Below, piece after piece: positions 1 to 9,958 of a stretch of DNA of 64,000 bases (its first letter is position 1; each line of letters begins with the position of its first letter). The position numbers and the translations under genes are program-made. This stretch comes from Bacteroidales bacterium (GTDB lineage Bacteria > Bacteroidota > Bacteroidia > Bacteroidales > P3). The stretch spans positions 32,396 to 96,395 of the forward strand of contig JAGBJI010000010.1 in the NCBI GenBank assembly GCA_017934545.1, written 5' to 3'. The notes under the pieces were generated by a model that saw only the letters and a list, made by a program, of their open reading frames with translations, made no database searches and was not told the DNA's origin.

Positions 1-879
1 ATAGAAAAACCCGGTTATGCAATAGAATATGACTATTTTCCTCCTACACAACTGCATCATACATTGGAAACCAAACTGATTGAAAACCTTTATTTCGCAG
101 GGCAAATCAACGGTACAACGGGCTACGAAGAGGCCGCATGCCAAGGATTGGCGGCGGGAATAAACGCAGTGCTGAAACTGAACGGACAGGAACCCTTTGT
201 GCTTAAACGCAATGAGGCATATATAGGAGTATTGATAGACGATTTGGTGACCAAAGGTGTAAACGAACCTTACAGAATGTTCACATCAAGGGCGGAATAC
301 AGAATATTGCTCCGCCAAGACAATGCCGACGAACGTTTGACGTTGAAAAGCTACAACATTCACCTTGCTTCCAAAGAACGTTTAAAGATTTTGGAACGCA
401 AAATCAACGCCCGCAACCAATTGATATCGTTTATGAAATCAACCAACGCCTCTCCAGACCAGGTCAACGCAACTCTTACGCTTCACGGCAGCACGGAAAT
501 AGCAAATCCTGCGAAAATATCTTCTTTGCTTCTGCGTCCGCAGATACAGATACAGGATTTGACGGATTGTATCCCCGCCTTATCGGAACAGATAAACAAG
601 ATAAACAAAAACTTACGCAAAGAAGCTCTCTGCCTTGCCCAAACATGTATAAAATACGAGAACTACATCATCAAAGAACAGGAAACCGTTGACAGAATGA
701 ATAAATACGAAGACCTTGTAATCAAGGATGATTTTGACTATAATAAGTTGAAATCACTGTCTTTTGAGGCACGGGAAAAACTATCGGCAATACGGCCGAA
801 AACCATTGCCCAAGCCTCAAGGATAAGCGGTGTTTCCCCTGCCGATATTTCTGTTTTGATTTTATATATTTCAGGTTAA
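1..879 (+). CDS. mnmG: tRNA uridine 5-carboxymethylaminomethyl modification enzyme MnmG/GidA, C-terminal part (5' end lies outside the window)
   Basis: Frame 1 is open from base 1. Translation [13 protein letters not shown]...[19 protein letters not shown]...[15 protein letters not shown] matches GidA-family conserved blocks. Confidence 0.9.
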   Translation: MEKPGYAIEYDYFPPTQLHHTLETKLIENLYFAGQINGTTGYEEAACQGLAAGINAVLKLNGQEPFVLKRNEAYIGVLIDDLVTKGVNEPYRMFTSRAEYRILLRQDNADERLTLKSYNIHLASKERLKILERKINARNQLISFMKSTNASPDQVNATLTLHGSTEIANPAKISSLLLRPQIQIQDLTDCIPALSEQINKINKNLRKEALCLAQTCIKYENYIIKEQETVDRMNKYEDLVIKDDFDYNKLKSLSFEAREKLSAIRPKTIAQASRISGVSPADISVLILYISG

Positions 880-984
880 AACCACAGCCTTGCTGCAAAA
901 AAAACAACACACAATTGCAATCCGTTTTTCTGTCATGCGAACGGATTGCATTTATTTTAAATTGCAATGGATTTTAAACTCTTA

Positions 985-1323
985 TTATCTTACGGCGGTG
1001 CTTTGTTGTATCACAACGGCGGTGCCTGATGTTGCCACCATAAGCATTGAATTGCCGTTGCCCAATGTTTCGTAATCTATATCTATTCCCACAACGGCAT
1101 TGGCACCCATCTTTTCAGCCCTTTGAACCATCTCCTGCATTGACGTATCTTTTGCCTGTGCAAGCACTTGTTCATATTTGCTGACTCTTCCGCCCACTAC
1201 ATCACGTATTCCTGCGAAAAAATCCTTGACAATATTGGCTCCTATAATGGTTTCGCCAGTAACTATGCCTTTGTATTCCTTGATTATATAACCGTCTACG
1301 GCAGGTGTTGTGCTTAAAATCAT
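985..1323 (-). CDS. YbjQ/UPF0145 family protein
   Basis: 112 aa. GIVTGE...[19 protein letters not shown]...Y...A...[15 protein letters not shown] is the typical YbjQ pattern. Confidence 0.8.
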   Translation of the reverse strand: MILSTTPAVDGYIIKEYKGIVTGETIIGANIVKDFFAGIRDVVGGRVSKYEQVLAQAKDTSMQEMVQRAEKMGANAVVGIDIDYETLGNGNSMLMVATSGTAVVIQQSTAVR

Positions 1324-1423
1324 AATCTTTTGTTTTTAAAATTAATTACCCGTGCAAAAATAACAATAAAAATTGAATTAACGCCGAACGCCCGGCGGCA
1401 AAATGCGTCTTCATTGTTTTTAA

Positions 1424-1542
1424 TTCAGAAAAGAAAAATAAAAAACATATGTATTTTTATAAAAAAACATATGAATTTTAATCAAAAAACATATGTTTTT
1501 GAAACGAAAAACATATGTTTTTTTTAATTGGTTTGAGAAAAC
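1424..1542. repeat. Intergenic phased CATATG element, copy A
   Basis: Four AAAAACATATG(T)TTTTT-type units with CATATG at 1446, 1468, 1490 and 1512 (exact 22-bp spacing). Flanked by TTCAGAAAAG-like arms. Near-identical copies at 15748-15873 and 60360-60478. Confidence 0.85.
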
Positions 1543-1648
1543 AATTTTGGCAGACATGGAATAAAAGGCGGATTTGCAACAAAAAATTTCATCAGTTGTT
1601 ATTTTATTATTAAATTTGCAATTTGAAATTTTTGCAAGGCATATAACA

Positions 1649-1906
1649 ATGACAACATTAGAGAGGAAAACGTCGCTTATCCATACTTTTGACAAAATAA
1701 TCAAAAGCAATGATGATTTGTTAATGGAACAGATAAGTATTGCAATAAACAAGATATTGAATTTGTCCGACCGTAATGATATTATTACGGAAAATGACAT
1801 GGAGATAACGCCTTTTGTTGCAAGTATCGGGCAGAATCTATCACTCCCTGATGATTTTGATTACGACAAAGAACGCTTTGATTATTTATCACGTAAATAC
1901 AATTAA
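1649..1906 (+). CDS. Putative antitoxin partner of the downstream PIN toxin
   Basis: Small ORF (start chosen at ATG 1649) ending 4 nt before the PIN gene start. No recognisable family, so the call rests on position only. Confidence 0.45.
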   Translation: MTTLERKTSLIHTFDKIIKSNDDLLMEQISIAINKILNLSDRNDIITENDMEITPFVASIGQNLSLPDDFDYDKERFDYLSRKYN

Positions 1907-1910
1907 ACAA

Positions 1911-2327
1911 ATGAACGTATTTATTGATACAAACATAATGATAGACGTTCTTTCAAAGAGAGATGAATTTTATTTACCTGCCGCCCGTATCGTTTCTTTG
2001 GCGGATAACGGCAAGATAGACTTGTTTGCTTCCTCGCTTTCGTTTGCCACTTCAAGCTATATGCTGTCCAAACATAACAAAGAGATGGATGTAATCAGGG
2101 AATTGGAGAAATTTGCAACTCTGTGCTATGTCACTCCTGTCGATTACAGAACTGTTTTCAGTGCATTCAAAAGTGATTTTTCCGACTTTGAAGATGCCCT
2201 GCAGTATTTTTCTGCACAAAGGTGTGATGCTGATGTTATTGTTACGCGTAACACGAAAGATTTTGCGAAAAGTGCAATACAGGTTATGGAGCCGCAGGAA
2301 TTTTTGGATAGTTTAATAAGAAAATAA
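1911..2327 (+). CDS. PIN-domain ribonuclease toxin (VapC-like)
   Basis: MNVFIDTNIMIDVL N-terminus (acidic D in the IDTN motif). C-terminal EDALQY...DADVIVTRNTKDF is typical of PIN toxins. Confidence 0.8.
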   Translation: MNVFIDTNIMIDVLSKRDEFYLPAARIVSLADNGKIDLFASSLSFATSSYMLSKHNKEMDVIRELEKFATLCYVTPVDYRTVFSAFKSDFSDFEDALQYFSAQRCDADVIVTRNTKDFAKSAIQVMEPQEFLDSLIRK

Positions 2328-2371
2328 CGTTAAAAATAATTTTATAAATTAAAGTAACAATTATAATAAAA

Positions 2372-5300
2372 ATGGCAAGAGAAAAGAAATTCTTAACTTG
2401 TGACGGAAACCAAGCCGCAGCTCACGTAGCGTATATGTTTTCTGAGTGTGCAGCTATTTATCCTATCACTCCGTCATCTCCGATGGCCGAATATGTAGAC
2501 GAATGGGCAGCCAACGGAAGAAAAAACTTATTTGATGAAACAGTTAAATTGGTAGAAATGCAATCAGAGGCCGGAGCAGCAGGTGCAGTTCACGGTTCTT
2601 TGCAGGCAGGTGCTTTGACAAGTACATTTACTGCTTCACAGGGATTGCTTTTGATGATACCTAATATGTATAAAATCGCAGGCGAGATGTTGCCGGGCGT
2701 ATTCCATGTAACTGCAAGAACGATTGCTTCGCATGCTTTGTCTATCTTCGGCGACCACAGCGATGTTTATGCTTGCCGTCAGACAGGATTTGCAATGCTT
2801 TCGTCTGCATCCGTTCAGGAAGCTATGGATTTGGCAGGCGTTGCACACTTGGCAGCAATCAAAGGCCGTATTCCATTCTTACATTTCTTTGACGGATTCC
2901 GTACTTCCCACGAAATACAGAAGATAGAGGCTCTTTCAAACGAAGATATGATGCCTTTGGTAGATTGGGAAGCGATAAAGAGATACAAAGACAACGCATT
3001 AAACCCTGAACATCCCGTAACAAGAGGAACGGCACAGAACCCTGACGTATTCTTCCAAGCAAGAGAAGCCATCAATCCTTATTACGAGGCTATCCCTGAC
3101 ATAGTAAATTACTATATGCAGGAAGTAGGAAAGATTACCGGCAGAACACACAAACCGTTTGAGTATTACGGAGCGGAAGATGCCGAGAACGTAATCATTG
3201 CAATGGGTTCCGTTTGCGATACTATCAAAGAAACAATAGATTATTTGGCAACCAAAGGCGAGAAATTGGGACTTGTAACCGTACATCTTTACCGTCCGTT
3301 CTCCGCTAAATATTTCTTAAGCGTTTTACCTAAGACAGTGAAAAGAATATGCGTTCTTGACCGTACGAAAGAATGCGGTGCAACAGGTGAGCCTTTATAT
3401 TTGGACGTAACGGAGGTAGTAAAGAACCAATGCCATTGCTCTGAAAAACCGTTGATTATCGGCGGACGTTACGGATTGAGTTCCAAAGACACAACTCCTG
3501 CACAGATATTGGCAGTTTATGAGAACTTAAAATCCGAGAATCCGAGAAATCAATTCACGGTAGGTATCGTTGATGACGTTACTAACTTATCATTAAACGT
3601 TGGCGAAGAAGTTTCAATGGCTACCGCAGGTACATTTGAGGCTAAATTCTACGGTTTGGGTGCTGACGGTACTGTCGGAGCAAACAAGAATTCCATTAAG
3701 ATTATAGGAAACAACACAAATAAATATTGTCAGGCTTATTTCTCTTATGACAGTAAGAAATCAGGCGGATTTACTTGCTCACACTTACGTTTCGGTGACA
3801 ATCCTATCCGTTCTCCTTACTTGGTAACCACTCCAGACTTCGTGGCTTGCCATGTATTCTCTTACTTACGTCAGTACGAAGTATTGAAAGGAATAAAGAA
3901 AAACGGTACATTCCTTTTGAACTCAATGTATGATGCACAGGAAACAGTAAAACATTTGCCTGCAAAAGTAAAGAAAATACTTGCTGCAAACGATATTAAT
4001 TTCTATATCATTAACGCAACGAAGATTGCAGAAGAAATAGGATTGGGTAACCGCACGAACACTATACTTCAAAGTGCGTTCTTCAAGATTGCAAATGTTA
4101 TTCCTTACGACCTTGCAGTAACTAAGATGAAAGAAGCCATCGTTAAATCTTACGGTAAGAAAGGCGAGAATATAGTTAATATGAACTATGCCGCAGTAGA
4201 TAGAGGCGGTGATGTTGTTAAAGTTGAGGTTAAGAAAGAATGGTTGAATGAAGACGAGAGCAAAGACGCTGTTGCAAACAATCATCCTGACTTTATAAAG
4301 AATGTTGTTGATGTTATCAATGCACAGGAAGGAGATTCTTTGCCTGTTTCTGCATTCGTCGGAAGAGAAGACGGTACATTCCCTAACGGAACTTCAAAAT
4401 ACGAAAAACGCGGTATAGCATCTCACGTTCCTGAGTGGATTCCTGCTAATTGTATCCAATGTAATCAATGTGCTTTGGTTTGTCCTCACGCTGCAATACG
4501 TCCGTTCCTTATCAACGCAGAAGAAGAACAATTACTTCCTGTCGGAACAGAAACTTTGAAAGCAACAGGTAAAGAGTTTGCAGATTTACGCTTCCGTATG
4601 CAAGTTTCTCCTTTGGATTGTACGGGTTGCGGCAACTGTGCAGACGTTTGTCCTGCCAAGACAAAAGCTTTGGAGATGAAACCTTTGACAGAAGATAACG
4701 CAGACAAAGAACGTTGGAACGTTATCGTAGAGAAAGTAAGCAACAAAGCCGAATTAACCGACATAACAAAGAATATCAAAAACTCTCAATTCTCACAACC
4801 TTTGTTTGAGTTCTCGGGTGCATGTGCAGGTTGCGGTGAAACACCTTACGTTAAACTTATTTCCCAATTGTTCGGACCGAGAATGATGGTGGCAAATGCA
4901 ACAGGATGTTCTTCAATTTATTCTGCTTCTTGTCCGTCTATGCCTTACACAACAGACAAGAACGGAAGAGGACCTGCTTGGGCTAACTCTTTGTTTGAAG
5001 ACTTCGCTGAGTTCGGCCTTGGTATGGCAACGGCTACAAGAAAGATGAGAGAAAGAGTTGTTGCTAAAACAGAAAAACTTCTTTCTTTCCCTTGGTTAAA
5101 CGAAAGAACAAGAAATGTTGCTCAAAAATGGTTAGACAATAGAGATTTGACAACTAACGAAGCATTTACTATTGCTAAAGAATACGAAGAGGCTTTAGCG
5201 TGGGGAGTTGCTACTATTGACGAAACTATAGCATACATTGAGAGTCAGCAGGCTGAACATGCTAATGAAGAATTTGGCGATTTAGGTATTACATTTGCGG

Positions 5301-6076
5301 AGTATCTTACTAAATTGAAAGAAGCAAAAGCAAATGGTACATTGGAATATTGTCCTTGTCCTGCATGTACAACTTGCAGAGAGTTATTGGATTTGAAGCA
5401 ATACTTCGTAAAGAAATCACAATGGATAATAGCAGGCGACGGTGCTGCATACGATATTGGTTACGGTGGATTAGACCACGTTATTGCAAGCGGTGAAAAC
5501 GTAAATATCTTGGTTGTTGATACGGAGGTTTATTCCAACACGGGCGGACAGGCTTCAAAGGCTACTCCTGTGGGAGCAATAGCAAAATTTGCTGCATCAG
5601 GAAAACGCGTTAAGAAGAAAGACCTTGGTATGATAGCAACTACTTACGGTTATGTTTATGTTGCACAGGTTTCAATCGGAGCAAATCCTGCACAATATAT
5701 CAAAGCATTGCGTGAGGCAGAAGCATACGACGGACCGTCTTTGATTATTGCTTACGCTCCTTGTATCAACCACGGTATTAAGGCAGGTATGGGCAAAACA
5801 CAGGCAGAACAAAAGAAAGCAGTTGAATGCGGTTATTGGCACTTATGGAGATACAATCCTGAACTTGCAGAGCAAGGACAAAATCCGTTCACTTTGGACT
5901 CTGCGGAACCTGATTGGAGCAAGTTCCAAGCATTTATTGACGGCGAAGTGCGTTACAATTCATTAAAGAAAGCATTCCCTGAAGAAGCAGCCGAATTGTT
6001 CAAAGCGTCAGAGGAAAATGCAAAATGGCGTTACAACTCTTACAAACGTATGGCTTCTATGAATTGGGGCGAATAA
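2372..6076 (+). CDS. nifJ: Pyruvate:ferredoxin (flavodoxin) oxidoreductase
   Basis: 1234 aa. Two 4Fe-4S ferredoxin motifs (CIQCNQCALVCP and CTGCGNCADVCP). TPP-binding GDGAAYDIGYGGLDH block. Overall PFOR architecture. Confidence 0.95.
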   Translation: MAREKKFLTCDGNQAAAHVAYMFSECAAIYPITPSSPMAEYVDEWAANGRKNLFDETVKLVEMQSEAGAAGAVHGSLQAGALTSTFTASQGLLLMIPNMYKIAGEMLPGVFHVTARTIASHALSIFGDHSDVYACRQTGFAMLSSASVQEAMDLAGVAHLAAIKGRIPFLHFFDGFRTSHEIQKIEALSNEDMMPLVDWEAIKRYKDNALNPEHPVTRGTAQNPDVFFQAREAINPYYEAIPDIVNYYMQEVGKITGRTHKPFEYYGAEDAENVIIAMGSVCDTIKETIDYLATKGEKLGLVTVHLYRPFSAKYFLSVLPKTVKRICVLDRTKECGATGEPLYLDVTEVVKNQCHCSEKPLIIGGRYGLSSKDTTPAQILAVYENLKSENPRNQFTVGIVDDVTNLSLNVGEEVSMATAGTFEAKFYGLGADGTVGANKNSIKIIGNNTNKYCQAYFSYDSKKSGGFTCSHLRFGDNPIRSPYLVTTPDFVACHVFSYLRQYEVLKGIKKNGTFLLNSMYDAQETVKHLPAKVKKILAANDINFYIINATKIAEEIGLGNRTNTILQSAFFKIANVIPYDLAVTKMKEAIVKSYGKKGENIVNMNYAAVDRGGDVVKVEVKKEWLNEDESKDAVANNHPDFIKNVVDVINAQEGDSLPVSAFVGREDGTFPNGTSKYEKRGIASHVPEWIPANCIQCNQCALVCPHAAIRPFLINAEEEQLLPVGTETLKATGKEFADLRFRMQVSPLDCTGCGNCADVCPAKTKALEMKPLTEDNADKERWNVIVEKVSNKAELTDITKNIKNSQFSQPLFEFSGACAGCGETPYVKLISQLFGPRMMVANATGCSSIYSASCPSMPYTTDKNGRGPAWANSLFEDFAEFGLGMATATRKMRERVVAKTEKLLSFPWLNERTRNVAQKWLDNRDLTTNEAFTIAKEYEEALAWGVATIDETIAYIESQQAEHANEEFGDLGITFAEYLTKLKEAKANGTLEYCPCPACTTCRELLDLKQYFVKKSQWIIAGDGAAYDIGYGGLDHVIASGENVNILVVDTEVYSNTGGQASKATPVGAIAKFAASGKRVKKKDLGMIATTYGYVYVAQVSIGANPAQYIKALREAEAYDGPSLIIAYAPCINHGIKAGMGKTQAEQKKAVECGYWHLWRYNPELAEQGQNPFTLDSAEPDWSKFQAFIDGEVRYNSLKKAFPEEAAELFKASEENAKWRYNSYKRMASMNWGE

Positions 6077-6117
6077 ACGTTTGATTGTTTTATAGAGATT
6101 ATAAATATAAAACTAAA

Positions 6118-6150
6118 GGTGCAGAAACGAATTCTGCACCTTTTACTTTT
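6118..6150. terminator. Rho-independent terminator between convergent genes
   Basis: Stem GGTGCAGAA (6118-6126) pairs with TTCTGCACC (6132-6140), followed by TTTTACTTTT. An A-run lies on the other side. Confidence 0.55.
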
Positions 6151-6189
6151 AACTCTGATTTTTGTTTATTGAAAAAAACGGCTTTGCTG

Positions 6190-7011
6190 CTACTGAACAA
6201 TAAATTTGCCCGAAGTGTTGCCGTAACGGTATATATATGTACCTTTTTTATAGTCCGAAGTGTTTATCCTTATCTGTTTGCGGCTTGGGTCCAACAGATA
6301 ATTCTCCACAACTCTGCCTTGCATATCCGTTATCTGCATATTTTGCATCTGACCCTGTATGTCGTATTCCAACGTTACGCTGTGCCGTGCAGGATTAGGA
6401 TATACTTTTGAATTATTGTTATATGCCACAGAAGAAACGGAAGATTCTGCACTGCTATGAAGCGTAAACACTTTTGCAATATAATCTATATATCCGCCCT
6501 TGCCACTATATTTTTCCAAATTAACAATACATTTATTCCCTGTTATATACGGCGGATAACTTTTGCTAATCTCACAATCCGTAGGAAATGAATACAAACA
6601 TTCGCCGTCTTCATTATAAATTCCTTCAACTGTATTGTGATCAGTGTAACCTGACTCTGTCTGATATTCATATATTATTCTTGCAACAAATTCGTATTTA
6701 TTATTGTTTGTAAACATATCGTTTGTCATACAGTATACATGCGCTATTCGTACGTTAGTTGCAGAAGAAGGTACGGGAATATTCACTGTTTTAACGCATT
6801 CCATCTTTTGATTGTATATTTTCAATACATCCATGCTGTTTTGTTTGTGTACTATGGAATACGAAACTCCGTTGCAATACGGTGCAGGCATTAAGTATTC
6901 ATCTTTGATTGTAAGAATATCTTCTTCGTCCAATTGATTTTGTGCTGCTGCATTGCCGCAAAATATCAGCAATGCTGTCAGAGTTAAAAGTTTTAATGTA
7001 CGGTTTGCCAT
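6190..7011 (-). CDS. Secreted protein with T9SS (Por) C-terminal sorting domain
   Basis: N-terminal signal peptide. C-terminal KVYPNPARHSVTLEY...GTYIYRY...GKFIVQ resembles the T9SS CTD. Confidence 0.7.
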   Translation of the reverse strand: MANRTLKLLTLTALLIFCGNAAAQNQLDEEDILTIKDEYLMPAPYCNGVSYSIVHKQNSMDVLKIYNQKMECVKTVNIPVPSSATNVRIAHVYCMTNDMFTNNNKYEFVARIIYEYQTESGYTDHNTVEGIYNEDGECLYSFPTDCEISKSYPPYITGNKCIVNLEKYSGKGGYIDYIAKVFTLHSSAESSVSSVAYNNNSKVYPNPARHSVTLEYDIQGQMQNMQITDMQGRVVENYLLDPSRKQIRINTSDYKKGTYIYRYGNTSGKFIVQ

Positions 7012-7288
7012 ACCGAAAAATGTTTTTCCCGTGATTTCTAAAGGAAAGGATATTCCTTTATATCCTATATTTAATAATACAAATAAAGCGTGAAATCACT
7101 TTTGAATTATATCTCCAACCAAGGTGTGTGAGAAAAATGAATTACCTACATAGTAAGATATAATTATAGCAGAAATCACGCCATAAAAGGCGTATAGACT
7201 ACTATGCTAAAACTTGACTATTTAAAGTTCTCACACTTTTGGTTGCAAGTTATAAAGCAAAACGCTTTTGCTTATCCCCCGATAAGCA

Positions 7289-7319
7289 CCTGCAAAAGTA
7301 CAAAGAAATTTTTAATTCA
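7289..7319. repeat. 31-bp direct repeat, left copy, flanking the YoeB cassette
   Basis: CCTGCAAAAGTACAAAGAAATTTTTAATTCA is identical to 7968-7998. On the minus strand it contains TACTTTTG (TAnnTTTG -7 box). Confidence 0.9.
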
Positions 7320-7344
7320 AGCAACAAAACCTGTTTTTTAAAGA

Positions 7345-7380
7345 AAAAAGTCTGCCGGAATAAAATTCCGCAGACTTTTT
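7345..7380 (-). terminator. Terminator downstream of the yoeB-like gene
   Basis: AAAAAGTCTGCCGGAAT / ATTCCGCAGACTTTTT hairpin with a 1-nt bulge, flanked by A and T runs. Confidence 0.55.
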
Positions 7381-7406
7381 ATGGCTTATGGTTTATTCAA
7401 AAACGT

Positions 7407-7679
7407 TTATTTATCGCCGTAATGCCCGTATGACGAAATCACAATTACGACAATCTCAAAATCTTCTATCTCATAGACCAAACGATGCTTGCTTGTAATA
7501 CGGCGTGACCACTGATTTGCTCTGTTGCCCCGCAATTGTTCGGGATGCCCCGTGCCTTTGGTAGGGTGTTCCTGCAATTCTTCCAACAGTTTTTCCGCTT
7601 TTTCAAAGGCTTTGGGTTCATTGCGGCGTAACAATGCCAAATCCAAGTCCGCCCGTTTTGAGAATTTCAGTCTGTACAT
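7407..7679 (-). CDS. yoeB: Txe/YoeB family type II toxin
   Basis: 90 aa. ...HPTKGTGHPEQLRGNRANQWSRRITSKHRLVYEIED...ISSYGHY matches the YoeB/Txe signature. Confidence 0.85.
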   Translation of the reverse strand: MYRLKFSKRADLDLALLRRNEPKAFEKAEKLLEELQEHPTKGTGHPEQLRGNRANQWSRRITSKHRLVYEIEDFEIVVIVISSYGHYGDK

Positions 7680-7684
7680 AGTTT

Positions 7685-7951
7685 TTACAACGAATTAAGG
7701 TGTTGCTTTAATTCTTCCCTTGTGGAAACCAAAGTATAGTTTCCGTTGTTTACATCCTGCACAACACCGTCAACCATTGCAAAAAACTCTTGCTCACTCA
7801 TGCAAGTTCCGTCTTCAATATTCTGCCGTGCAATTTTTTGCTCTTCTTGTTTGATGTAGTTGTCAAATTTCTTCAAAAGAGCGGCATTGCTTATGTTCAT
7901 AACCCGTTCAATAATATTGTAACGCTGTCTTTCTATTGTTAACGAACCCAT
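7685..7951 (-). CDS. Putative antitoxin of the YoeB-like toxin
   Basis: 88-aa ORF ending 5 nt upstream of the toxin start. Positional inference only. Confidence 0.5.
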   Translation of the reverse strand: MGSLTIERQRYNIIERVMNISNAALLKKFDNYIKQEEQKIARQNIEDGTCMSEQEFFAMVDGVVQDVNNGNYTLVSTREELKQHLNSL

Positions 7952-7967
7952 AATATCTCCTGTTTTG

Positions 7968-7998
7968 CCTGCAAAAGTACAAAGAAATTTTTAATTCA
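7968..7998. repeat. 31-bp direct repeat, right copy; probable promoter of the TA operon
   Basis: Identical to 7289-7319. The minus-strand TACTTTTG box (7972-7979) lies about 21 nt upstream of the antitoxin ATG at 7951. Confidence 0.85.
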
Positions 7999-8120
7999 CA
8001 ATGATTGCCCGCACTAAAATCAATGTTTTACACGTAAATAACATCAAGTATTTGAAACGTTTTTATTGTTCAATAATATAAAAACAAGGCTTCGTTTTTG
8101 CCTTAATTGATAAAAACACT

Positions 8121-8268
8121 GCCCTACGGCACTTGGTTTTTGCCCTTTCAGAAAAGAGAAATAAAAAAATCAGATTTTTTTACTAAAAAAACCTATTTTT
8201 TTGCATCAAAAAATGTGTTTTTTTTTGAGTTTACTTTCAGAAAGGGCAAAAACCAAACGCCGCAGGGC
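8121..8268. repeat. MITE-like intergenic element with ~34-bp terminal inverted repeats (family 2, copy D)
   Basis: GCCCTACGGCACTTGGTTTTTGCCCTTTCAGAAA ... TTTCAGAAAGGGCAAAAACCAAACGCCGCAGGGC. The interior has three A6-7/N5-6/T6-7 units. Related copy at 29385-29538. Confidence 0.8.
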
Positions 8269-8421
8269 AATACAAAAGTGCAAAGGGGCGGACGTATATT
8301 ATAAAAAAGAAAAAACTATGTGTATATTGCGGAGTTTAACGGCTGCATATGTAAAAGGTAAAAAAGGGGATAAATTTTGCAAAATAAAAAATCTTTTTTG
8401 TTGAAGTTGAAAGAAAATTAC

Positions 8422-8429
8422 TATCTTTG
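8422..8429 (+). promoter_or_regulatory. Bacteroidetes -7 box (TATCTTTG) upstream of glyA
   Basis: Matches TAnnTTTG. Lies about 52 nt upstream of ATG 8481. Confidence 0.5.
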
Positions 8430-8480
8430 CAAGTTAAAATCAATAACAGTATTGTATATAACAATAAAATTAAAGATAAA

Positions 8481-9761
8481 ATGACAAAAGACACGCAAAT
8501 ATTTGATTTGATTGCACAGGAACGTGCAAGACAAACCAAAGGAATAGAGTTGATTGCTTCCGAAAACTTTGTAAGCAACCAAGTGATGGAAGCAATGGGT
8601 TCGGTTATGACGAACAAATACGCAGAAGGTTATCCGGGAAAACGTTATTACGGCGGTTGTCAGATAGTTGACCAATCCGAAACAATAGCAATAGAAAGAG
8701 CAAAACAGTTGTTCGGTGCTTGCTGGGCTAACGTGCAGCCGCATTCAGGAGCTCAGGCTAACTTGGCAGTATTCTTTGCTTGTTTGAATCCGGGTGATAC
8801 TTTCATGGGATTGGATTTGAACCACGGAGGACACCTTTCGCACGGTTCGCCTGTAAACATCTCCGGTACGTATTACCGTCAGGTTGCCTACGGAGTAAAA
8901 GAGGAAACGGGAACCATAGATTACGATATGATGGAAGAAGTAGCCAAGAGAGAAAAACCGAGATTGATTATCGGCGGTGCATCTGCTTACTCAAGAGAAT
9001 GGGATTGGGCAAGAATGCGTAAGATAGCCGACGAAATCGGAGCAATATTGTTGGCTGACATATCACACCCTGCAGGTTTGATAGCAACGGGTGAATTGAA
9101 CAATGCCGTTAAATTCTGCCACATAGTTACGACTACGACCCACAAAACCTTAAGAGGCCCGCGCGGCGGTATGATTATGATGGGCGAAGACTTTGAAAAC
9201 CCATGGGGAAAGAAAACTCCGAAAGGTGCAGTGAAGATGATGTCCGCATTGTTGGACTCTGCAGTGTTCCCGGGCATACAGGGAGGTCCGCTTGAGCATG
9301 TTATAGCTGCCAAAGCCGTTGCTTTCGGCGAAGCACTTACACCTGAATACCACGAATATATAAAACAAGTACGCAAAAATGCTTCTACCATGGCTGCGGA
9401 ATTCGTAAAAAGAGGTTATAAGGTAATTTCGGGCGGAACGGACAACCATTTGATGTTGATAGATTTGAGAACCAAATTCCCTGAACTTACGGGAAAAGTT
9501 GCCGAGAACACATTGGTACGTGCCGACATAACAATCAACAAGAACATGGTGCCGTTTGATTCACGCAGTGCGTTCCAAACATCCGGCTTGCGTGTGGGAA
9601 CACCTGCAATCACTACGCGTGGTTTGAAAGAAGATGCTATGCCTGAAATCGTTTCAATGATAGATGCAATACTTTCGGACGTTGAAAACGAAACATTGAT
9701 TGACAACACAAGAAAGAAAGTTAACGATATGATGCAAAACCGTCCTCTGTTTGCTTGGTAA
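8481..9761 (+). CDS. glyA: Serine hydroxymethyltransferase
   Basis: Start chosen at [35 protein letters not shown] and [14 protein letters not shown] (PLP-Lys) motifs. Confidence 0.95.
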   Translation: MTKDTQIFDLIAQERARQTKGIELIASENFVSNQVMEAMGSVMTNKYAEGYPGKRYYGGCQIVDQSETIAIERAKQLFGACWANVQPHSGAQANLAVFFACLNPGDTFMGLDLNHGGHLSHGSPVNISGTYYRQVAYGVKEETGTIDYDMMEEVAKREKPRLIIGGASAYSREWDWARMRKIADEIGAILLADISHPAGLIATGELNNAVKFCHIVTTTTHKTLRGPRGGMIMMGEDFENPWGKKTPKGAVKMMSALLDSAVFPGIQGGPLEHVIAAKAVAFGEALTPEYHEYIKQVRKNASTMAAEFVKRGYKVISGGTDNHLMLIDLRTKFPELTGKVAENTLVRADITINKNMVPFDSRSAFQTSGLRVGTPAITTRGLKEDAMPEIVSMIDAILSDVENETLIDNTRKKVNDMMQNRPLFAW

Positions 9762-9785
9762 ACAAGGATTGTCATCACATTCAAG

Positions 9786-9825
9786 GCAGGCGGAAAAACT
9801 GGTTTTTCCGCCTGCTGTTTTTTAT
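9786..9825 (+). terminator. glyA terminator
   Basis: GCAGGCGGAAAAA / TTTTTCCGCCTGC 13-bp stem followed by TGTTTTTT. Confidence 0.7.
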
Positions 9826-9958
9826 AAATACTGTTACATTTCCCGTTTTTTATAATTGATTTGTCCTGCAAGGCAAAAACAACCATCTTTTCACGCAAAA
9901 GGATATTCTTTCCGGCGTATCGGCGTCTTATTTTTGCAAAACAAATGTTTTTAATGCG

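Noticed and set aside
1424-1542. Possibility that the regularly spaced CATATG repeats are a small CRISPR array
   Set aside because: The units are only about 22 bp in total, AT-only, with conserved rather than unique 'spacers'. The whole block is duplicated almost identically at three loci. No cas genes are present.
1330-1800. ORFs 1330-1527 and 1420-1800
   Set aside because: They span the CATATG repeat element and promoter region. The same pseudo-peptides recur wherever the repeat occurs, so they are repeat DNA and not coding.
2636-5966. Multiple 60-120-aa ORFs inside or antisense to the PFOR gene
   Set aside because: They are nested in a 1234-aa gene with unambiguous homology features. They are shadow ORFs.
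8107-8744. ORFs 8107-8304, 8201-8404, 8336-8617 and 8421-8744
   Set aside because: They run across the MITE-like repeat and the glyA promoter and 5' end. Their composition is driven by A/T tracts. They overlap a confident gene or a repeat.
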